Below are positions 25,183-39,088 of a stretch of DNA of 64,000 nt, in pieces. Source of the stretch: Hemiscyllium ocellatum (taxonomy: Eukaryota); contig NC_083407.1 of the NCBI RefSeq assembly GCF_020745735.1, positions 106,630,748 to 106,694,747 on the forward strand. The letters are read 5' to 3'. Below the pieces are notes generated by a model. The model searched no databases and had not been told where the DNA came from. It saw only the letters and a program-made list of their open reading frames with translations. How positions within the stretch are numbered: position 1 is the first letter of the stretch; the number at the start of each line of letters is the position of its first letter. A program made the translations under genes and the position numbers.

Positions 25183-25916
25183 CTGAGACAAAACAAAGCT
25201 GTGAAGCAAGGTCGGACACAAGAATGGCACAAAGAGCACTGACAAAACACTGAAATGGTCATGATCCACACAAATAAGTCATACCTGGAGTGGTGGAGGA
25301 AGAGGTTTACGGAGGAACAGGAGAGCTCAAGACTAAGGCAGAAACTGTTATAACAACAAATTCTGATATGCTTCCATAAAAGGTCATGACAATGATAGGG
25401 AACTGCCCGGGTGGAGTTGCATTTGGTCCAGCCCACAGTCACTGGACTATAAAATGAGCAATGCTCGCAGAATGGATGGGCATCATGTCAGGTTTTTCTG
25501 CTTTGTACACAAGCGTCTGTGATGAAGATGAGTTAGTAGTACCTCTTTGTAACCCAATGAGGGAAAAAAAAACACATTTGCAAACTGTATGGGTCTGTGT
25601 CATCAAAATTAACGTTCCAGATTTTGTTTGGGTGGGGGATGGAGGTGCAGGTTAGAATTTGGGAAGAATGTTGGGCAACAGAACTCACAACTGTTTCAAA
25701 TACAGAAAGTGGGTCTCCAATCATCTTACACGAGCTTGGCTTCGCATTCATCGAAGTTGGCACTTCACACCAAAATCCTTTATAATTGTGCTGATATAAG
25801 CCCTTGTTAAATGCTCCTGTGTCAAGCCAAAACAAATAGTAAAAAGGTCATTTTGATACTGATGGGATCATAGTGTTCAATTTGAAGGGTCTCTCAAAAC
25901 AATACAGAACCAGACA

Positions 25917-26258
25917 GGGTGGCACGGTGGCTCAGAGATTAGCACTGCTGCCACACAGCATCAGGATCCCAGGTTCAATTCCAGCCTCGGGTGACTGCAT
26001 GTGGAGTTTGCACATTCTCCCCGTGTCTGTGTGGGTTTCCTCTGGGTGCTCGGGTTTCCTCCCACAGTCCAAAGATGTGCAGGTTAAGTGAATTGGCCAT
26101 GCTAAATTGCCCGTAGTGTTAGGTGCATTAATCAGGGGTAAGTGTAGGGGACGGGATTTGGGTGAGTTGCTCTTCAGAGGATTGGTGTGGACCTGTTGGG
26201 CCGGACCTGTTGGGCCGAAGGGTTCGTTTCCACACTGTAGGAATTCTAATCAATCTAA
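25917..26258 (+). mobile_element. HE1-like tRNA-derived V-SINE, near full length
   Basis: A-box TGGCTCAGAGATT and B-box GGTTCAATTCC; V-domain gtggagtttgcacattctccccgtgtctgtgtgggtttcctctgggtgctc; CR1-type 3' tail. Confidence 0.88.
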
Positions 26259-27169
26259 TGTACTATGAAAACATTAGTGACAGCTAAGGTCTCAATGGTG
26301 CCACCAACTGGCAACAATTAGCACCACAAGCAGAAATTAATCATCCAAATCCAAAGCATGCAAACCACATGATAATGAGATCAAGCTTTTAATACACCTA
26401 CGTGACTAAGATGTGAATTCAGCCTAGACTAATGAGAAGTCTGGCTTCACTAAGATCTATAAAAGCTCTTGACAAACTATGTTTGTACAGATTAACATCA
26501 CATCCTCAAAATAAAGCATCAGGTCTCATGGCACAGTGATACTAAAGAGAGATCTGCTACTGGATCCTGCATCGAGTTTGTGACAACTCATTGCTGAACA
26601 ACATCGGTAACTTTCTGCACTTGATATTACCCCAGAACAGCTACAGACGTTTTCAGGCAAATGTCTGCATCATTTTGTTTGTAGAGCAATTCAAAACTAT
26701 TCCCAACACCCTGCCCATTGCTTGGAGTCCCTGCCTCATTGCTTCTTCCTGCTCTTTCCTTAAAATATTCAAGAATATTTGCCTCCAACTTCTTGTGACA
26801 AAACAGCTCAAACTCCAAAAGTTCTGTGGGCAAATTTCTCCTATCAAGCATCTCAGAGTTTCTGCAAAGCTGCTGATGAATGACTTTAAGAGGAAACTTC
26901 TCTTTATAGCATTTTTCCAAGACCTCAGAATTACCAGAAGTGTTTCAGAGCAAATTAAATATATGTACAGTATCCCAACTGCTAACTTCAGGATGGAGTC
27001 CGTGCCAGATTTTAGATCTTGCCAGTTTTTGGTGTGGACAGTTCCAGCCAGGTTGGATCTGGTGGGATCAAGGGCCACGCTGACCACAATGAAGAATGAT
27101 AAGTAAAGTAAATGGGCACATGCCATTGCAGCACCAATCAAGCAAGCAGCTAAATTATATTATTCATTT

Positions 27170-27675
27170 AGAGTCATACAGTTAGAGATGCCCAACATGG
27201 AAACAGACCCTAGGGTCCATTTCATCTGCGCCAACCAGATATTCGAAATTAATCTAGTCCTATTTGCCAGCATTTAGCTCATTCATTTACCCATCCAGAC
27301 GCCTTTTAAATGCTGTAATTGTACCAGCCTCCTCCACCACTTCCTCTGGCAGCTCATTCTCTACATGCACCACCCTCTGTGTGAAAAAGTTGTCCCTTAG
27401 ATCCCTTTTAAATCTTTCCCCCCTCACTTTAACCCTATGCCCTCTAATTTTGGACTACACCCACCCCAGGGAAAAGACCTAGTCTATTTACCCTACCCAT
27501 GTTGCTCATGATTTTATAAACCTCAATAAAGATTAGTGATTTTTGGTTACCCCTCAGCCTCGGAAGCTCCAGGGAAAATAGCCCCAGCCAATTTAGCCTG
27601 TCTCCATAGCTCAAAACCTCCAACCCTGACAATATCCTTATAAATATTTTGTGAACCCTTTCAAGTTTCACAACT
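27170..27675 (-). mobile_element. CR1-clade LINE 3' fragment
   Basis: ORF 27444..27671 KLERVHKIFIRILSGLEVLSYGDRLNWLGLFSLELPRLRG is the CR1 ORF2 C-terminus. Confidence 0.85.
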
Positions 27676-27875
27676 TTAATAATTTAATACGTATAAAATT
27701 CAGCCATGGCAACTTTAAAAATTGTAGCTTTTGGATAGCTATATTTGCTATCTGAATCTGTACTTATTATATTAAATAATAGTCACTGTTGTCTGATACA
27801 GCTTTTATCTACTTAGTATTGGAGCCTTTTATCACTTTAAAAATCTCCCCTTTGTGTTCTCTGCTGATGTATTTT

Positions 27876-27990
27876 CCTTGAAAAGTATGGTGCTGGAAAA
27901 GCACAGCCAGTCAGGCAGCATCCGAGGGGAAGGACAGTCAACGTATACAACAGGAGGTCATCAGGAATCTACAGTCCTCACTTTCCCCTC
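27876..27990. mobile_element. Degenerate family B-like pLTR fragment
   Basis: gtgctggaaaagcacagccagtcaggcagcatcc...tcatcaggaatctacagtcctcactttcc. Confidence 0.6.
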
Positions 27991-28423
27991 CCGGATGCAC
28001 TCTGCTGCTGTCTCAAATGTGAAGCTTCCTGTGGTAACTCATAATTGCCAACGTGGACCCCCTTCTAAGACAATCACCACCCGAACTTGGAAATATATTG
28101 CGATTTTTACACTGTCACTGAGACTAAATCCTGGTTTTCCCTCTCTAATGGAACTAGGGGTGTATATATACCAGATGGACTCCAATAGCTCAAAGAACAC
28201 AGCTCACTACCAGTTTGTCAAGAGTAACTAGGAATGGGCAATAAATGCTGACCCAGTGACAGCAGTGTCTGTGACTGAATTTAAAAAACAAAATTATTGA
28301 GAGCAGGTGTAAGTACTAGAGGTTTTTAGCTGTCTTGCACCAATGCTAATGACCAGAAGTCGACCACCATTTTTCTTTTTTATAATACACACACATATAT
28401 CATGAGGTTTTCCAGTTATTTAC

Positions 28424-28557
28424 CATTTTCTTTGCATGTTCTTCACAAAGTGGCGTCTGGTGCGTGATATCAAACACTGGTACAGAGCACTGCTGCCCAT
28501 CTGCGAACTTGGCCGTGCAGCTTGAGAATAGCTGTTGGGAGCGACTCAACAGGATAT
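28424..28557 (-). CDS. INO80D: INO80D coding exon (134 bp, second half of zf-C3Hc3H domain)
   Basis: cag|AT ATC CTG...AAG AAA ATG|gtaaat; (H)ILLSRSQQLFSSCTAKFADGQQCSVPVFDITHQTPLCEEHAKKM. Not in the ORF track; found by manual translation. Confidence 0.96.
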
Positions 28558-29959
28558 CTGAATCACTCAAGGTCAAGGAAACAAATCAGCCTCAGGCTGA
28601 AATACAGTGAACTTGGCTTCAATATGGCAAAGCAACTCTTTTCATGCAAAGACTACTCAATGTCAGATTCACACGATAAACAAGCTTTCGGAAAGGTCAT
28701 CTGAACAGAAATCAGTCCTAAATGGTGTCATTTAATTAAATGGCAACACTGTGAAGTGATCACCTTGGGGTTGACAGCCTTTGAACAATTACCAATTACT
28801 TTCTGGATTTTCCATGTGGCGACTCCAAAACACACTGCAGAGGAGGCTACACATGATCAAGGTGTTCTCTGGTTAGGAAAGCATAACTTCAAGTAAAGAG
28901 CAGGGAAGATGATCCAGAAAGAATATTATGGCCCTATTCCACTGCAACACAAGGTGCAGAGCAGTGGCTACATCACAAACTTACATCATGATAGATCTGA
29001 ACACTAACTACATGTATGAACCTTAATACTTTTGGCAAGCAAAAGTTTATTTCTCGCAATTTAAAGTGATTAATTTACAGTATTTCTTTTGCGAGATTTA
29101 GACCTTCCGAACATTTCCTTGGCTGGAGAAGTGCACCCCAAATCTGTCCGGAATGGCCTTTCTCCAAGGTTCGTCCATTTGTCCTCATGTAGCATGAAAG
29201 AAAATCCACCTCTCTTGACTCCCTTGCGTCCATTCAAAGCCTCAATAACCTCAACCAATGGGAAAGAACAAGGCAGATGAAATACAATGAGACAAGGGCT
29301 AAGTTATCCACCTTGGTCTTAAAAAAAAACAGAATATTTTCTTATATAGAAAAAGACAGGAAAAAAAAGTGACCTGGACATCCCTGTCCTCAAACCGCAA
29401 AGTTAATTTGCAGGTATAGTAAACACCTCAAAAGGCAAAAGGAACAATAACTTTGTGACAAAGGGATTTAAATTTAAGAATTAATCAGTCTAATTTCAAC
29501 TATATTAACCCTAAAAACCACAAGACATTAGGGATCAGAATGGGAGAATGATTAACCTTAAGATTCTAATAACTAGCTGGGTGTGCTCTGCTTATCCAAG
29601 GAAGGAAATACTTGCTGTGAAGACAGAACCAATTTTGCAATGACAGCATTGTTCTATTAGAAGAGATGGAGTAGATGAGCTTACATTCCCCGGAAACGTA
29701 GCAAAATGAGAGGCCAAGAAGCTTGGTCAAGCATGAGGCAGGACAGCTTGCGCACTATGGCGAAAACAAAAGGGCGAGAGTATCTTGGCTACTGGGCACC
29801 GATTTCAGAATTCAGCACATGCCAAAAGCACACAACTTACGCCAAAATAAAATGGTGATACATACAAACAAACAACTGGCCCAAAGAAATAAAAGACATT
29901 AAAACAAAATAACATTAAGTGAAGCAATGTAAAATGAAAACTACCTGCACATGCTCCAA

Positions 29960-30480
29960 AATGGCATGCAATAATCCAGATGCAGTCTCAACAATGCCTG
30001 TACAATTGTAGCAAGACTGCCCTACATTCACTCCCTTGCAAGGGCTACTCTCCATTCACATTGCTAATTACTTGCTATACTCAAACTAGCTTGTTGTGAT
30101 CCATGTGCAAAGGCACCCCGATCACCTTGTGATGTAGCATTCTACAGGCTTCCTCCATTTAAATAACTTTCTGCTTTCATATTCTTCCTGCTCAAAAATT
30201 AACCTTACATTTTCCAAACACTGGCCAAATTTCGGTCCATTCACGAAACAGATCTGCATCCCTTTGCCATCTCTTCATCTCCCCCTTGTGGCTTGCTTCT
30301 GTAACTATTTTTGTCTCATAAGCAAACTTGGCAAGAAAATTTTTGGTGCCTTCCTCCAAGTCCTCAATATATCATGCAAGTAGTTGAGGTTCCAGCACTC
30401 ATCTCCATGGCAATCTATGGTTACACTGCCAAGTTTTAAATTACCCATTTATGTTAACCAAGTTTCCTATTAGTTGCCCA
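29960..30480 (-). mobile_element. CR1-clade LINE RT-region fragment (continues at ~32780-32990 beyond the PLE)
   Basis: Decayed RT on minus; ORF 32632..32952 begins QSQHGFVKGNLYLTDVFEFFENVSIRLDKGEPVSIVHLDFQKALDKV. Confidence 0.72.
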
Positions 30481-30489
30481 ATTCTGATT

Positions 30490-32760
30490 AAAAACTAAAA
30501 GAGCTGCAATTGTTGTAAATAGAAACAAAAACAGAAGTTGCTGGAAAAGTTCAAAAAGTCTGGTAGCATCTGTGAAAATAAATCAGAGTTAACGTTTTGG
30601 GTCCACTGACCTTTCCCGAGAACTGATGGTAGCTAGGAAATGCCAGCTGAGATACAGAAGGTAGGGTGGGACAGGGGATAAGGAGTAAATGACTGGTAGG
30701 CATACAGCCCAAAGAGAAAGATGAACAGTTGGACAGACAAAGGAGTCAGTAACAATCTGGCTGGGAGAGTGAACAGACGTTAATGGCTAACAAAAGGTAG
30801 TCATAATGACAAACTATGTGAAAACAAGGCCTGATGTGTGTAGTCAGGGGCTATGACGTGGGGGAGTTCAGACCCTAAAATTATCGAACTCTAAACAGAG
30901 ATTGGAAAGCTGCAGGGTCCCCAAGCTGAAGATGAGGTGTTGTTCTTCCAGCTTGCACTGAACTTTGCTGGAGCACTGCAGCAAGCCTGAGACAGATGTT
31001 GGTCAGGGAACAGGGTGGTGTGTTAAAGTCGAGTGTGTGTAGTGCTGGAAAAGCACAGCAGGTCAGGCAGCATCTGAGGAGCTGGAGAACTGACATTTCG
31101 GGCATAAGCCCTTCATAAGGAGTGCTTGAAATGTCGATTCTCCTGCTCCTCAGATGCTGCCAGACCTGCTGTGATTTTCCAGCACCACACTATCGACTCT
31201 AATCTCCAGCACCCATAGTCCTCACTTTCTCCTGGTGTATTGAAATAGCAAGCAACTGGAAGTTGAAGTTCTTTTTTACAGGCAGAGCGTAAATGTTCTG
31301 TGAAGCAGTCGCCTAGTGGACGCTTTGTTTCCCCAGTGTAGAGGGGACCACACTGTGAGCAGCAAATGCAGTAGACTAGCTTGTGAGGAGTGCTGCTCTA
31401 CCTGGAACCTACATTTGGGCCCTTGGATACTGAGCAGAGAGGAGGTAAATGGGCAGGTGTTACACCTTGGGTGGTTGCAGGAGGTGCCATGGGTCTGTGT
31501 AAGAGGAAAGGTGGGAGTGAAGGATGTACCAGGGTATCCCGGGGAGAACACTGCTGGCTGAAGTCAGGGAGGGGAACGTGTCTGGTGGTGGCATGTTGCT
31601 GGAGGTAGCGGAAATGGCGGCTGTTGATGCTGGTGGGATGGTAGGTAAGGACAAGGGGAACCCTATCGTTGTGGCAGGAGGGAAGAGAAGGGTTGAGGAC
31701 GGAATTGCAGGAGATGGGTCAGACCTGGCTGAGGGTCCTCAGTTGAGAAAGAAGGTGGACATTTAGGAAGTTCCCTTGATGAAGTTGGCTTCATCGGGAC
31801 ATATGCGAAAGATATGGAAGAACTGGGAGAACGGAATGGAGTCTTTACAGGAAACAGGGTGCGAGGATGTATAGTCCAGGTAACTGTGAAAGTCGGTGCA
31901 TTTGCAGTGGATATTATTGGCCAGTCGATCCCCAGAAATGGAACCCAGATGTTGAGAAAGGGAAGGGAGGAGTCAGAGATAGACCAGCTGAAAGTGAGGG
32001 CGGGCTGGAAACTGGAAGTGAAATCAATTAACTTTTCCAATTCCAGAAGTGGGGGGGGGAAGCAGCACAGATGATATCATTGCTATATCGCAGAAAGAGT
32101 TGTGTTTGGGGGCCAGAATAAGATTGGAGCAACTAATGTACCATGTACCACAAGAAGAAACAGGCATAATTGGGGCCAATGCAAGTACCCATGGCCACCC
32201 GTCTGACCTGAAGGAAATGAGAGGAGTTAAAAGAAAAGTTGTTGAGGGCGATGACGAGCTTGGCCAAGCGGAGGGTGGTGGTGGTGGGTGGGGATGGTTC
32301 AGCCTTTGCTCCAGGAAGGTGTGGAGAGCCCTGAAGGGGGTGGACGTGTAAAATGATTACAAGTCCATGGTAAAGAGGTGGTGGCTAGAGCCTGCGAACC
32401 AGAAATTCGAAACTGGCATGAAGCTTCAGAGGAATCATGGGTGAATGTGGGCAGGGATAGTACCACGGGAGAAGAAAACTGAGTTAAGGTAGGAAGAGGT
32501 GAGTTCTGTGGGGCAGGAGCAGGCAAAAACAATGGGTCTGCCTGTTTGTGGATCTTTGGAAGGAGGTAGAAGCGAGCTGTACTACTATCAGCTTGGAGGC
32601 AGTGCGGGAGGGTTCATGAGATGAAATGAGCTTAGTGACCGTTGTTGATATGATGGCCTGATGTGCTATGGTGGGTCATGAACAGAGGAAGAAGGAAGTC
32701 TTTTGAGAGCTGGCGCTCCGCCTCTACATTGTCAAGGTCAGTACACCAGACTACAACACC
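30490..32760 (-). mobile_element. Decayed Penelope-like retroelement (RT + GIY-YIG remnants + pLTR)
   Basis: Minus-strand remnants FLQVRRVAMGTCIGPNYAC, LRYSNDII (degenerate YxDD), FQPALTFSWSISDSSLPFLNI, and LVYCICCSQCGPLYTGETKR, with many frameshifts. Confidence 0.85.
31028..31232 (+). mobile_element. Older family B fold-back element nested in a PLE
   Basis: Same arm and tail sequence (gctggaaaagcacagcaggtcaggcagcatc...ctccagcacccatagtcctcactttctcc), with a degenerate TSD tggtgtgttaaa / tggtgtattgaa. Confidence 0.75.
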
Positions 32761-33183
32761 ACCCAACCACCAAGAACTTATGCCTTGTGTGGCAAAGACC
32801 TCATCTGTCACCTTGTCCAATGCCTTTTGGAAATCCAAATGTACTATACTTACTGGTTCCCCTTTATCCAATCTGATTGACACATTCTCGAAGAACTCAA
32901 AGACATCCGTCAAATACAGGTTCCCTTTCACAAAACCATGTTGACTTTGCACAATTCTGTAGATATTTCATGACTACCCCCTTCATAATCCTTTGCAGAA
33001 ACTTTATTTTATCAGTTTATCAACGATTCTCAATGGCATTACACCTTCAAATCAAAGACAAAAAAGATCTTGGAGATCAGTCAGCAATCATTACAAGTGG
33101 TTCTGCCAAGAAATACTGTTGATACTGATTTGTTCGATAAACTTTGTGTCTAGATATTTGAAAAGCGTCAGAATTAAGGATAC

Positions 33184-33293
33184 GTTGAAAACAGTGCCTG
33201 GTGTATGGAAGAGACATGTTGGGGCAATGTTGGCCCTTGATGGTTCCTGTACACAGTGCTGGTTCCACTACTCGGTGATCTGGCTGCTTCGTG
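33184..33293 (-). CDS. INO80D: INO80D coding exon (110 bp, first half of zf-C3Hc3H domain)
   Basis: ttttcag|C ACG AAG...TGT TTT CAA C|gtatcctt; TKQPDHRVVEPALCTGTIKGQHCPNMSLPYTRHCFQ(H), inside ORF 33077..33337. Confidence 0.95.
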
Positions 33294-36200
33294 CTGAAAA
33301 GAACAACAGTGAAATTAGTTAGCCCGAGAACCACCAAGATCTAACTAGCCCTGATGCCAGGTCACACAAAGATTTCCGTGTACTTTAGCACAGCAGATCT
33401 TTCCTACTTCAGCTCGCTACATCAGTATCATTGGGGATGGGCACTGGCAGCCATTTCCAACAGGGAGTTGCAATTACTACCAGAGTCCTTTGCAACTCCA
33501 CAGGCAGTCAGTTACATGGCAGTGGCAGGTGCCAATGCCTACCTCTGTGTTGCTTCATGGATGGTAGGGGTAAACTTGAACATGGGGATGGGGGTCACTC
33601 AAGAAGAAAAATCCCTTTGCATCAATGAACATAAATAAACCCCTCGAAAACAAATAATTATTTAAAGCTATTAAGCATTAAGAGCTGTTTAAACTCAAAG
33701 GCCACAAGGTACCACAAAGAATTTCTCTCCCAACCCCAACATCAAGAAAACTACCCACGATACTTGAAGTCTCAAAAGCACATATATAAGCAATGAATTA
33801 TATTTGCAGTGCAGTGATGGTTGCAGTAGGTAAACTCTGCAACCGGTTCACAGACAGCAGGGGCCGACTTCAAAATACAGCCTGTTCTCACACAGCAAGA
33901 CCCGAAAAGCAAGGTACTAATTCACAATTGCAGTGGTTTTGATCTTGAATTAGGATGCTGGGAGAGGCCCTAGCTCTCCTTCAAAACATGCTAGCAGATC
34001 TTTAAGAGCCATCTGAGCAAGCACAAGACTCCCCCCTCCTGCAGTTCGGTTCTCTCTCTTCTGATGCACTCTCCATTTTCACTCTTGCTTCTATGATTGT
34101 ATTATTCTCTGCACTCTATGCTGATTCTTTGCTGGAATCATCCAATACCAAGTGTGCTTGTGTTTACCCTTTTAAAGGCTTTATCCAATTAACACCACTT
34201 TCCTGTGAACTCATGTAGCCTTGTAAATTTTCCCCTTTATTTATCCACCCAGTTTCTTTTCCTTAGTTGGTCTCTAAATCTGAATAAAATCGGTCTCTAC
34301 CACCTCTTCAGAAAGTGTATTTCAGGTCAGAACTTTGTTTGAAAAATAATCAATTCAGCTTGTCTTTGGTTATTTTGTTAACCTGACCCCTGGTTAACTA
34401 CCCTTCTATCACTGGAGAGTTTCTTTTCATTCAGTCTGATTAAAATTCATGATTTTGAACACCTCGGGTGTTCTCTGCTCTAAAGAGAGGCTCATCACTT
34501 CCATGATTGAAGTACCCATCCCTAACATCATGGTAATTTTTTCCACATTCTCCAGAAGACCTTGACATATTTCCCAAAGTGCGATGTATAGAAGCAGACA
34601 ATATTGTAGTTGTTTTAAATGTATATCAATTCTTGCTCCTCCTCTCCCCTTCCTGCCTTCCCCCTCTCTCCACCATTCCCACTGTCCTCGACCACCGACT
34701 TTGCCCTTTACTTCTCCTCCCTCCACCTGATCAGCGCTTTCTCTCAACTTCCCCAGCAACAACTTTCCATCGACAAAACCTGCCTCAACGGTTGAAATTT
34801 GTCTTGCCAGTTCGGAATTGATTGAGCTGCAACCTCTAGCCAGCCTCACCTCTTCCACTGCCATGGCAAAATCTGATTTCCATTCCACATCGCCTTGACA
34901 TCATGGTTTGAGGAGTGCCTCACACCCAGTTCTCATGTGTACAGCATCACGTGCCTTTGCAAACTGAATGTGGACTCTTCAGATATTAATCAGCAGACTG
35001 CAAATCTTCAACGCGAGTGATACTGGTATTATGAAAATGCTAAAAATTCAAATGAGCCCTTTTTACACATCTTTTGTTGCACAGATGCAAAGGGAAGTTC
35101 CTATGAATCAAAGCATTTGTCTCTCAAAAATGACTACATAGATATGATGTCTTTACTGGTTTCAACTTGCTCTTCAGTTATCAACTCAAACTATTTCTGC
35201 GTCTAACTTTTGCAGCACCTTACCTTTGAAAAATTTGATCTGTTCACTCAACTGCCACTTTTGAGAAAGCATCCCATGATCTAATTTCTTTTTTTATCCT
35301 TCTAGCCCACACGGTTACAGAATTATCAAATTTCACGATTTACCATCTCAAGACTTTCCAAACTTTTGACAAGCTTTTATTAGATTCTCCCTAAACACAC
35401 TCTTTGAAACATGAACTAATATTTTCCCAGACTTTAACGATCAGAACTGCTTTAGGGCTTTACTTTTTAAAATCCATATCCTTTGTTATGGCTCCAACAC
35501 ACTTGTAATACTGAGGTGTTCGTAGCCTCATACAGTACTCAGACAGAGGCCTAATTATCCTGCATTAATGCATCAGTTCCTTGCTGTTATACTAGTGTTC
35601 CTATGTGGACTTAGAGAATTTCTGCTTGTGAATGCCACAATACACAAAGCACCTGTGTCAACGAATGCTTCAGTAACTGACAAACAGAAAACAGCACAAG
35701 CTGAACCACTCATGTCAGAGCCCCTTGTTGGGATTGAATTAATCAGGTTGGATTAAATGGTTGAGGTACAAATATTTGCATTTTTCAAAGTCTGTCATGC
35801 TCCTGGTTCAATATAATCTTGAACCAGACACTTGCTGTTAAGTCGAATTAATTTAGACCCTCAAGAACTGGTCCTTTAGGAATCAATGAACAACAATGCT
35901 GCATTACTCTCATACATTCCTGAGATAATATTAAGCCGATGCACTTTCAAATGGTTTAACACTGCAGACTGAGCAAATCTCTCAGCATTACTATGCCAAC
36001 AACCTTATCTTTAGACTCCTTCCTTGGTATGTTAAGGCTAAAATAAAAGTAGAGACTAAAATAAAAACAAATAATTGGAAGTTTGGTGAGCCCTAGTACT
36101 CAGGCAATTGGCTGCACAAAAGATATAAGCATTAAACTCCTCCCAATCTTATCAATTAAAATAATTTGGGTGGGTCAATGGATTCTGTAAAATATTTGCA

Positions 36201-38592
36201 GTGCCTTGAGGTGACCCAATGATTACTGTTTCTGCTATGTGTAATGTTAAGCGATGTTTTCATGGCCAAGCACCACTCTTGATGGGTCATGAACCCAAAA
36301 CACTCTACACCCAACCATGTGTACAACCTCCAAGTAAGAGGGCTGAAAACTCTGAGGACTAATCAATTTTGAGAAAGAAACAGTTTTGGTAAAGTACATT
36401 TAACATTGTTAACCCATGCAAGCAACCCCTTGCATGTGTGGTGACTCATCGAGTTTCCTCACAAATGCTGCTGAGCATGCTTATACATTCCTCCAATCCG
36501 ACTTCTCTGGTCCTCTTCCTCCCTACCCACTATTTCCTTTTGCCTTGGTCCAAATATCCCTGGCCTTTAACTCAACTGACCTGAATATCACAGTAGTTCT
36601 CCACTCCATAGATCAATTGGCCCCAAAAACAAAGACTGCAGCTGTGAACACAAAGGTAGAGAACAAGCATCATCTTGAGAAGCCTGCTCCATGTTCTCAG
36701 CACCTGACTGCCAGAGAACATGCAAATTCTAAGCAGCCTGTAATGTTTGAAATTAAAAAAGTCTCCATTGGGAGACGCGAAAGAAGAAAGTATTAACTTG
36801 TTTGAATGTAGAGCACTGAAAACCCTTTGTAGGAAGCATCACGAATGACTTGCTCTGTTGAACAGAGAAGGAGCTTAACTTTAATCATCATTAAACAGGA
36901 ATGCTTTAAACATAAAATAAGATTTAATCCAGCTTCCTGTGCTTTCAAGCTGAATAGTCTCTTGAGAATGATTAAGTCTCTTCAGCAATTATTGTTTAAA
37001 AAGATAAATACTCCAGCCAAAAAAAATTAAATAGATATTAAAGCAAAAAAAAATTGTTTTTTTTAAAGTAAGCCTCCACAGAACACTATCTCCTCTCATG
37101 TACACCACCTAGCCCTCACCCCTTAATCTCATTTTCACCCCATTGTCTTCTGAAAGCATTAGAGTGTAAACCCACAAGTGTTGACACCATTCAACAGGCA
37201 AGTAACAACTCTCGACGAGATCAGACAATCAACTGGCTGCAAGCCAGCTGACCACGAAAAGCATCACATGGAGGTATGAAGCTGCTCTTTTCCCAAAGTT
37301 GATGCTCATTCAGTTGCTCACAGGAGCTACAAGGCAGTAACCAGCAGCCATTTGAACGTGAATGATATGGTAATTGTTGCTGGACTAGTAACCCACACCA
37401 TTAGCCTAATAATAAAGCGTGTAACAGTTGAAATTATAGCATGATAAATTGGAGAATCTGAATCTGGACCACAAGAATACCTAAATATTGAAACAAATGG
37501 TATTAGTCAAGTTGGTAGGAGACAAGCTGCTGAAAAACCCAACGATTTCACCAATATCCTTTGGCCTGATCTGGCCTAAATGCGACTCCTTAACGACGCA
37601 GAAGTAATTCATTCATAGCTGACCTCTAAAATGGCCTCAAACATACCAATCCTCTCGCCACCTTCCATGACAGCTAAAGTTGGGTAGAAAAATATCTAGT
37701 CAGCAGTGTCCATACCCTGGGAATGAAGGCAAACAACAAATAAAAATCAGAAAAGCTGTCTGATTTACCCCATCCCTCGCTTGTCTGGGACACCAAGTTC
37801 AATCAATCAGTCAAATCAATGCAGGACAAAAAAAAAGACTAGCATTTCATCAATGGATAAGCATTCAGGCAGCAGTGCAGTTTTACACTTTCCACACATG
37901 CAGTGGGTTTAAACACCTATTGGGAAAACAGGAGCTCCTGAGTTCAAATTCTAGCCCTCTTGTGGCATGGTGGTAGAGTCCTGACCCCCTGGACTGAAAG
38001 GCCTGCGTTCAAGTCATCTCTGAACAGGCTGATTAGAAAAACAGATTAAAAATAGACAACAAAGGTGATCTTGTTAGTGGAAAATTTGTTTGAGGGAGGA
38101 ACGTTGGCCAGGGCAATGAATTAAACATAGAATTTACAAAACTACGTCCTTAACTTTGGGAGCAGTGAAGATATTAGACCTTTTGTTTTTTTAAAGACAC
38201 AGGACCAATAAGAATGACAAAAGATGGCAGGGACAAGGCCATACCACCATCCCTTTTAACAAAAATGTACCATACAGATTGATATACCAGATTGCGGATG
38301 TTGGAATCTCAAAACCCCTCTCACCAAGGGCCCTAAACAGAACAGCAGTCATTTCAAAGAGGATGAAGGTATTAAAATATTATATTTTTAGTGCTCTAAT
38401 AAGTCTTCATTATGAATGTTTGAAATTCAAGACTGACAATAATCACAAATGCTGTATTTGACGAAATGTCCAAAACCAGCAAACTTCTCCACTCAAAGGT
38501 TGTGTTGATCCAAGATTATCGAAGAGGTTGGTTTCCCTTGACCAATCCCTCCATTAAGTGATACCTGGCAATGCCAGCGCACAGCAGCTGAC

Positions 38593-38817
38593 CTGGTCTG
38601 CGTGGGGGCTGCCGCTCGGAGTTCCCAAAGCAACTGCCCGGCGGAGTCTGGCTCCTTGCTGGCTGCTTGCAGTAGTGCTTTCCGAAAGGCATGCCGACAC
38701 CTCTGCTGGCGGGCCGCTGCTCGCTCCACTCGACAGAGCTGCACATATCTGTGCTGCAGATAAGTGCAGAGGCGTGTCATTCTCAAACTCCTTGTACTCG
38801 GCCCCTCATCTTCCAAG
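38593..38817 (-). CDS. INO80D: INO80D coding exon (225 bp)
   Basis: gtgcag|C TTG GAA GAT...CAG ACC AG|gtcagc; LEDEGPSTRSLRMTRLCTYLQHRYVQLCRVERAAARQQRCRHAFRKALLQAASKEPDSAGQLLWELR, inside ORF 38493..38885. Confidence 0.95.
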
Positions 38818-39088
38818 CTGCACAAAAGAATGGAATCAAAGTTTAACCCTCTTGCCATTAGAGAAATCAGTGTTTGTGTGCGCATTCATAACAAATATGC
38901 ATGCACTATATACTTTTGAGTTAATGTAAGCGACAATGTAAAGAACTTCAATGCTATAACATTTGGCCTGATGTGATGACTGCAACAAATGACATATCAA
39001 TTTGTACCAGCAATATAATTAAGCACAACCTTTACTTTATGCTTGCTTTGCTCACATGATCTTCTGCCACTGTCTGTCTCCCCCCTAA

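Larger units (their letters stand above)
28558..33183 (-). other. U12-type (minor spliceosome) GT-AG intron of INO80D
   Basis: 5' splice site GTATCCTTAA (33183-33174). Branch sequence TTTCCTTGAC (28581-28572) with the branch A about 15 nt from the terminal AG, and no polypyrimidine tract. Confidence 0.92.

Noticed and set aside
25917-25990. tRNA gene
   Set aside because: A/B boxes belong to a V-SINE head; no complete cloverleaf, and the sequence continues into the SINE body.
26591-27141. Overlapping 97-171 aa ORFs on both strands as a hidden gene or pseudogene
   Set aside because: No recognisable motif and no exon needed between 28424 and 25182 (phases already join); part resembles a decayed LINE 3' UTR.
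37952-37966. CTCF-like motif GCCACAAGAGGGCTA on minus
   Set aside because: Single motif adjacent to a decayed SINE-like head with no supporting context.
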